A stretch of DNA of 40,182 nucleotides from an uncultured archaeon. Its GTDB lineage: Archaea > Iainarchaeota > Iainarchaeia > Iainarchaeales > 1-14-0-10-31-34. The notes beneath the pieces were generated by a model. It was not told the DNA's origin and did not search any database. It was given only the letters and a program-made list of their open reading frames with translations. The translations under genes were made by a program, and so were the position numbers. Positions within the stretch are counted from its first letter, which is position 1. The number at the start of each line of letters is the position of its first letter. Below, piece by piece: positions 36,790 through 40,182 of the stretch. The stretch lies in the NCBI GenBank assembly GCA_964442255.1, contig CAYTYC010000001.1, positions 66,526-106,707 on the forward strand, written 5' to 3'.

Positions 36790-38630
36790 TTTTCTTCTCT
36801 CCCCACGATTTTCTGCGCCTTAAACATTTTTTCAATTTCCTTTTCTGTTGTTGCTTCCTCGGGTTTTCTGTCAGCCCTCAATTTAATCATCCTCGGAAAC
36901 CTAAGCGCAAAACCCACGCCTTCCCTTCTTCCCGCAGTATGCACCGGGCTTTTCGTTATTTCATCCGCCCTAACCTCAATAACGTATTTGGGGTCAACCC
37001 ATTTGTCCGGCTTTAACTCCGATTCAACCCGTGCAGGCCTGTCGTCCACGGAAATCTTTTTCAAGCTTGCTTCCAGTTTTTGCAGCATTTTTTCGCTCAT
37101 TCCCGTGCCAATCTTTGCAATTGACTTGAATTTGTCTTCCTTTTCACTGTAAACACCCGTAAGCAATCCGCCCAAACCAAACTGCGCCCTTTTCCCTCTT
37201 CCCTTAAAATAACCCAATATAACCGCGTCCACTGAATCGCTTAATTCTCCCTTGTAAGACCTTTTCAGCTTAATCCACGCAAACTTTCTTGCGCCCGCAA
37301 CATACCTTGCATTCAAATCTTTTGCAATTATTCCCTCCAGCCCTTTTTCCACATTTGCCTGAAAGAACTTGTCAATTTTCTTTGGGTTGTCGGTCACAAT
37401 TGCGTCAGTCAACTCAATTGTGCCGCCTTTTTTCAGGATCTTTTCCAGTTCTGGCCTTCTTTTTTTGAAAGCCTCATTCATCAAATTTTTTCCGTCCGCA
37501 TACATCAAATCAAAAACAAACAGCTTTAAGGGAAACTTTTTTGCCGTCTCATTCACCCCGTACTTCCTTTTCCTCTGCATTGTCACCTGAAAAGGCCGGT
37601 ATTCCTGCGTTTCCTCGTTCACAGCCAATGCCTCGCCCTCAAAAATCGCTTCCTTTGCCTTCACCTGTTCTTTAACTGCCTCCGTTATTTCCGGAAACAT
37701 TTCAGTGACGTTCTCGGACTGGCGGGAAAAAATCACGACTTTTTCTCCGTCCTTGTGCACGCTTAAACGAAACCCGTCATATTTGGCTTCAACCGCACAC
37801 TTTCCAATCTTTTTCACTATTTCCTCCGAGGAGGAAAGCCTTTCCGCCAAAGTCGGCCTTATGGGAATTCCAGGCGAAATTTTAACCTTCTCCAATCCCT
37901 TCAACCCCTTTTCTTTCAATAATTCAGCGATTCCCCCCAAATCCGAGTGAATGTTGTATTTTTCCTCAATTTTTTCCCTTACCTTAAACTTCAATTGCCG
38001 TTCCACTTCAGTTTCCTCAAGCTTTGCCCCCCGCGCCTCCAAAACCTTTTCCGCTTCCCGCAAAAGCCTTTTGTCTTTTTTTCCTTCCTTCAGAAAGGCA
38101 ATCGCAAACGCGTCCATTATTGTCGGGTCCCCTATTCCAAGGCGCAAATTTTCCAGCGGAATCCTCGCCAAATACTTTGCCTCAACAGGGGAAGCCGAGT
38201 TAAACAATTCAGCCATTCTTTTCAGCTTTAATTCCTTGCTTCCTTTTCCCTCCGACAGCGCCACCCTTTTCAGTTTCCCGAAAACGCCTTCAATTGTAAG
38301 CTTTTCCGTGAAAAGGCTTTTTTGCCTCCTTTTTTCCGCCAGTTTTTCTGCAACCAGCCCCAAATCGCCTTTTTCCCTGTACTCCGCCGCAATTTCTTCT
38401 TTCCGGTAGCCCGAGGACTTTGCCATTGCCTCCATCACAAGCTTTTCCCCGAGCCCAATCTCTTTGCGCTCATGCTTTGCCCCCAATCCGCCCTGCGCAA
38501 GGTAAATGACCCGCCTTACGTTCTCCTTGTTGGTTTTCCTGAAAAGTTCAGCAAGCAATTCGGTCATTTCAAGCCGTGATGAAGCTTTTTCAATTTTCTC
38601 AAAGTATTCCGCAAGCCTTTGGAAAAGCAT
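36786..38630 (-). CDS. lig: ATP-dependent DNA ligase
   Basis: EAKYDGFR (adenylated Lys), FEGE, FVFD, EGIIAK, WIKLK, ALRFPR. Confidence 0.96.
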   Translation of the reverse strand: MLFQRLAEYFEKIEKASSRLEMTELLAELFRKTNKENVRRVIYLAQGGLGAKHERKEIGLGEKLVMEAMAKSSGYRKEEIAAEYREKGDLGLVAEKLAEKRRQKSLFTEKLTIEGVFGKLKRVALSEGKGSKELKLKRMAELFNSASPVEAKYLARIPLENLRLGIGDPTIMDAFAIAFLKEGKKDKRLLREAEKVLEARGAKLEETEVERQLKFKVREKIEEKYNIHSDLGGIAELLKEKGLKGLEKVKISPGIPIRPTLAERLSSSEEIVKKIGKCAVEAKYDGFRLSVHKDGEKVVIFSRQSENVTEMFPEITEAVKEQVKAKEAIFEGEALAVNEETQEYRPFQVTMQRKRKYGVNETAKKFPLKLFVFDLMYADGKNLMNEAFKKRRPELEKILKKGGTIELTDAIVTDNPKKIDKFFQANVEKGLEGIIAKDLNARYVAGARKFAWIKLKRSYKGELSDSVDAVILGYFKGRGKRAQFGLGGLLTGVYSEKEDKFKSIAKIGTGMSEKMLQKLEASLKKISVDDRPARVESELKPDKWVDPKYVIEVRADEITKSPVHTAGRREGVGFALRFPRMIKLRADRKPEEATTEKEIEKMFKAQKIVGREEK

Positions 38631-38744
38631 AGTAAAAATTAAAGCGGTTCACTTATTTAACGCTTTTCTTTGAAAAAAAAGCCTTTTTTTTTAAGGCAAA
38701 ACCGTGGCCTCACTTCACGTGAAAAAGCCTGAAAAAAACCGTGC

Positions 38745-39290
38745 TTATTTTTTCCTTAACCGCGAGGTAACCGCAATGAATGCGATGGAAACAATGAGTG
38801 CAACCGCAAGCGTGAAGGCATCGAATTCCGGGACAACGGCGGATTCACAGGAAAGTGTTTTGATTTCAGAAATAACAGTTTCGGAGCTTCCAAAATACCA
38901 TCCTGCCACGCTATAATCGTCTGCCGCAACACAGGTTATTGTCTGCTCATACCATGTATCCTGGTCCGGCTGGTACTGCCGGCAGCTTACCCCCGTGCAG
39001 TCGATGTCAGTATCATCCGAGGGTATCATTCCCCACCCCGTGCCGATTCCCGTAGTTTGGTCCCTCCATTGAAGCCAGTTATTCAGCGTGCATGTCCCTG
39101 TCACATCCACCCTTAAGTCCATGTCGGTTGTTGAATCCACGTCCACTGTCCATCCGGTGTCGGATTTAATGCTTACAGAGTCAATGCTTCCTCCCTCTTC
39201 ACATGAATCATCAACGGCTTCCGCGGGAATAGAAAAAAACGGCGTAAAAACAATTAAGGCCAACACCAAAAAAAGCGCCTTTTGCTTCAA
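38745..39290 (-). CDS. secreted Cys-containing PEF-CTERM protein, paralog 1
   Basis: Signal peptide; C-terminal VPEF + TM + RLRKK. Confidence 0.8.
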   Translation of the reverse strand: MKQKALFLVLALIVFTPFFSIPAEAVDDSCEEGGSIDSVSIKSDTGWTVDVDSTTDMDLRVDVTGTCTLNNWLQWRDQTTGIGTGWGMIPSDDTDIDCTGVSCRQYQPDQDTWYEQTITCVAADDYSVAGWYFGSSETVISEIKTLSCESAVVPEFDAFTLAVALIVSIAFIAVTSRLRKK

Positions 39291-39343
39291 TTATTCACTC
39301 TCCTTTTGAACAGTAAAACTGAGGTGCAAATTACTATAAATGG

Positions 39344-39889
39344 CTACCGCTTTCCACTTTTTTGCATTCTGTAGGAAGCAAAGCCAATGAAACCAATCCC
39401 TATTCCAATTGCAGCCAAAACCGTCAACAAATCAAATTCCGGCACAACCGCGGCTTCGCAGGCGAGGGTTTTTTGGTCTGAAGTGAACCCGCCCAAAGTA
39501 CTTGTATACTCTCCCCTTACGTTATAGTTGCCTTCCGAAACACACGTTATTGTTTTCTGGTAGTAAGTGTTTACGCTTGGGCTGTCTCTGCTGCAGGTTG
39601 CCTCCGAGCAGTCAAGGTTTTCGCCGTCAACAGGAATCTGATACCAGTCCCCGTCGTAATACTGCCATTTTAATGTCTGGTCAAGGGTGCAACTCCCGGG
39701 GTCAGAAACGTTCACCCTTAAGTCCATGTCGGTTGTTGAGTCCACGTCCACTGTCCACCCTGTGTCAGATTTAATGCTTACCCCGGTAATTTCTGCACCA
39801 AACTGGCAGGTATCAGCTGCAGCGAAAGCAGAAAAAAACAGCAAAAACAAGGCCAAAAACAAACAAAACAAAAACTTTTTTTCCTTCAT
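39344..39889 (-). CDS. secreted Cys-containing PEF-CTERM protein, paralog 2
   Basis: ATG at 39889 (MKEKKFLF); VPEF + TM + basic tail; shares SIKSDTGWTVDVDSTTDMDLRV with paralog 1. Confidence 0.8.
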   Translation of the reverse strand: MKEKKFLFCLFLALFLLFFSAFAAADTCQFGAEITGVSIKSDTGWTVDVDSTTDMDLRVNVSDPGSCTLDQTLKWQYYDGDWYQIPVDGENLDCSEATCSRDSPSVNTYYQKTITCVSEGNYNVRGEYTSTLGGFTSDQKTLACEAAVVPEFDLLTVLAAIGIGIGFIGFASYRMQKSGKR

Positions 39890-39938
39890 TTTAATCCATC
39901 CTGGAAAGCCAAAATGCGCTAAAATAAGGGAATAATTC

Positions 39939-39947
39939 ATATAAATA
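39939..39947. promoter_or_regulatory. TATA-like box between tRNA-Pro and the divergent PEF-CTERM gene
   Basis: ATATAAATA about 30 nt upstream of the tRNA 5' end. Confidence 0.55.
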
Positions 39948-39976
39948 CTTTTCTGCCCCCAAAATCCTACTGTTTT

Positions 39977-40134
39977 GGGGCCGTGGTGTAGCCTGGTCCA
40001 GCATCGGAGCTTTGGGTCAGCCATTTCGTAGGCTGGGTCCGAGATATGTGGGGATTTCCCTTTGGTCAATCCCCAAGAATATGCTTTTGGCTGCAAAAGA
40101 GCTCCTGACCCCGGTTCAAATCCGGGCGGCCCCA
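39977..40134 (+). tRNA. tRNA-Pro(UGG) with an 83-nt intron at 37/38 (40017-40099)
   Basis: Exon 1 GGGGCCG...GGAGC-TT-TGG-G; exon 2 A-GCTCC...GGTTCAAATCC...CGGCCCC-A; BHB formed by TTTG/CAAA helix, 3-nt bulges and outer helix CAGCCA/TGGCTG. Confidence 0.94.
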
Positions 40135-40182
40135 TTTGCCGGCTTCTGCCGGCAGTGCAGGGAGCCATGCTAGCGCATGGTT

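Noticed and set aside
39890..40168. N-terminal extension of the 274-aa ORF
   Set aside because: It is the antisense of the tRNA-Pro gene; the signal peptide and equal paralog length support a start at 39889.

Overview
Chromosomal segment of an archaeon. Evidence: archaea-specific GatDE, bulge-helix-bulge (BHB) tRNA introns, TATA/BRE-type promoters and PEF-CTERM proteins. The compact layout and many orphans suggest a DPANN lineage, possibly Iainarchaeota/Diapherotrites (inference). It contains about 45 CDSs: translation genes (aspS-asnS tandem, gatD/gatE, AlaX, Dph6-like), sugar metabolism (TreT, GT4-HAD fusion, GalT, ROK kinase, PGI/PMI, RpiA), DNA ligase and repair genes, three tRNAs (Ile-GAU, intron-containing Gln-UUG and Pro-UGG) and two 100-N assembly gaps. 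The most unusual signals are: (1) two different tRNA introns 22 kb apart share an identical 15-nt motif in a hairpin with different but paired stems, and both can fold into a splicing-incompatible alternative; (2) an orphan protein resembling bacterial sigma-70 regions 2-3; (3) several Arg-rich-leader orphan proteins plus a membrane-anchored M23 peptidoglycan hydrolase, together hinting at interaction with bacteria; (4) a 114-bp palindromic element present twice right after TTTAG stop codons, and a separate IS200/IS605-end-like hairpin without a transposase. All family assignments come from motif recognition by eye; no database searches were run.
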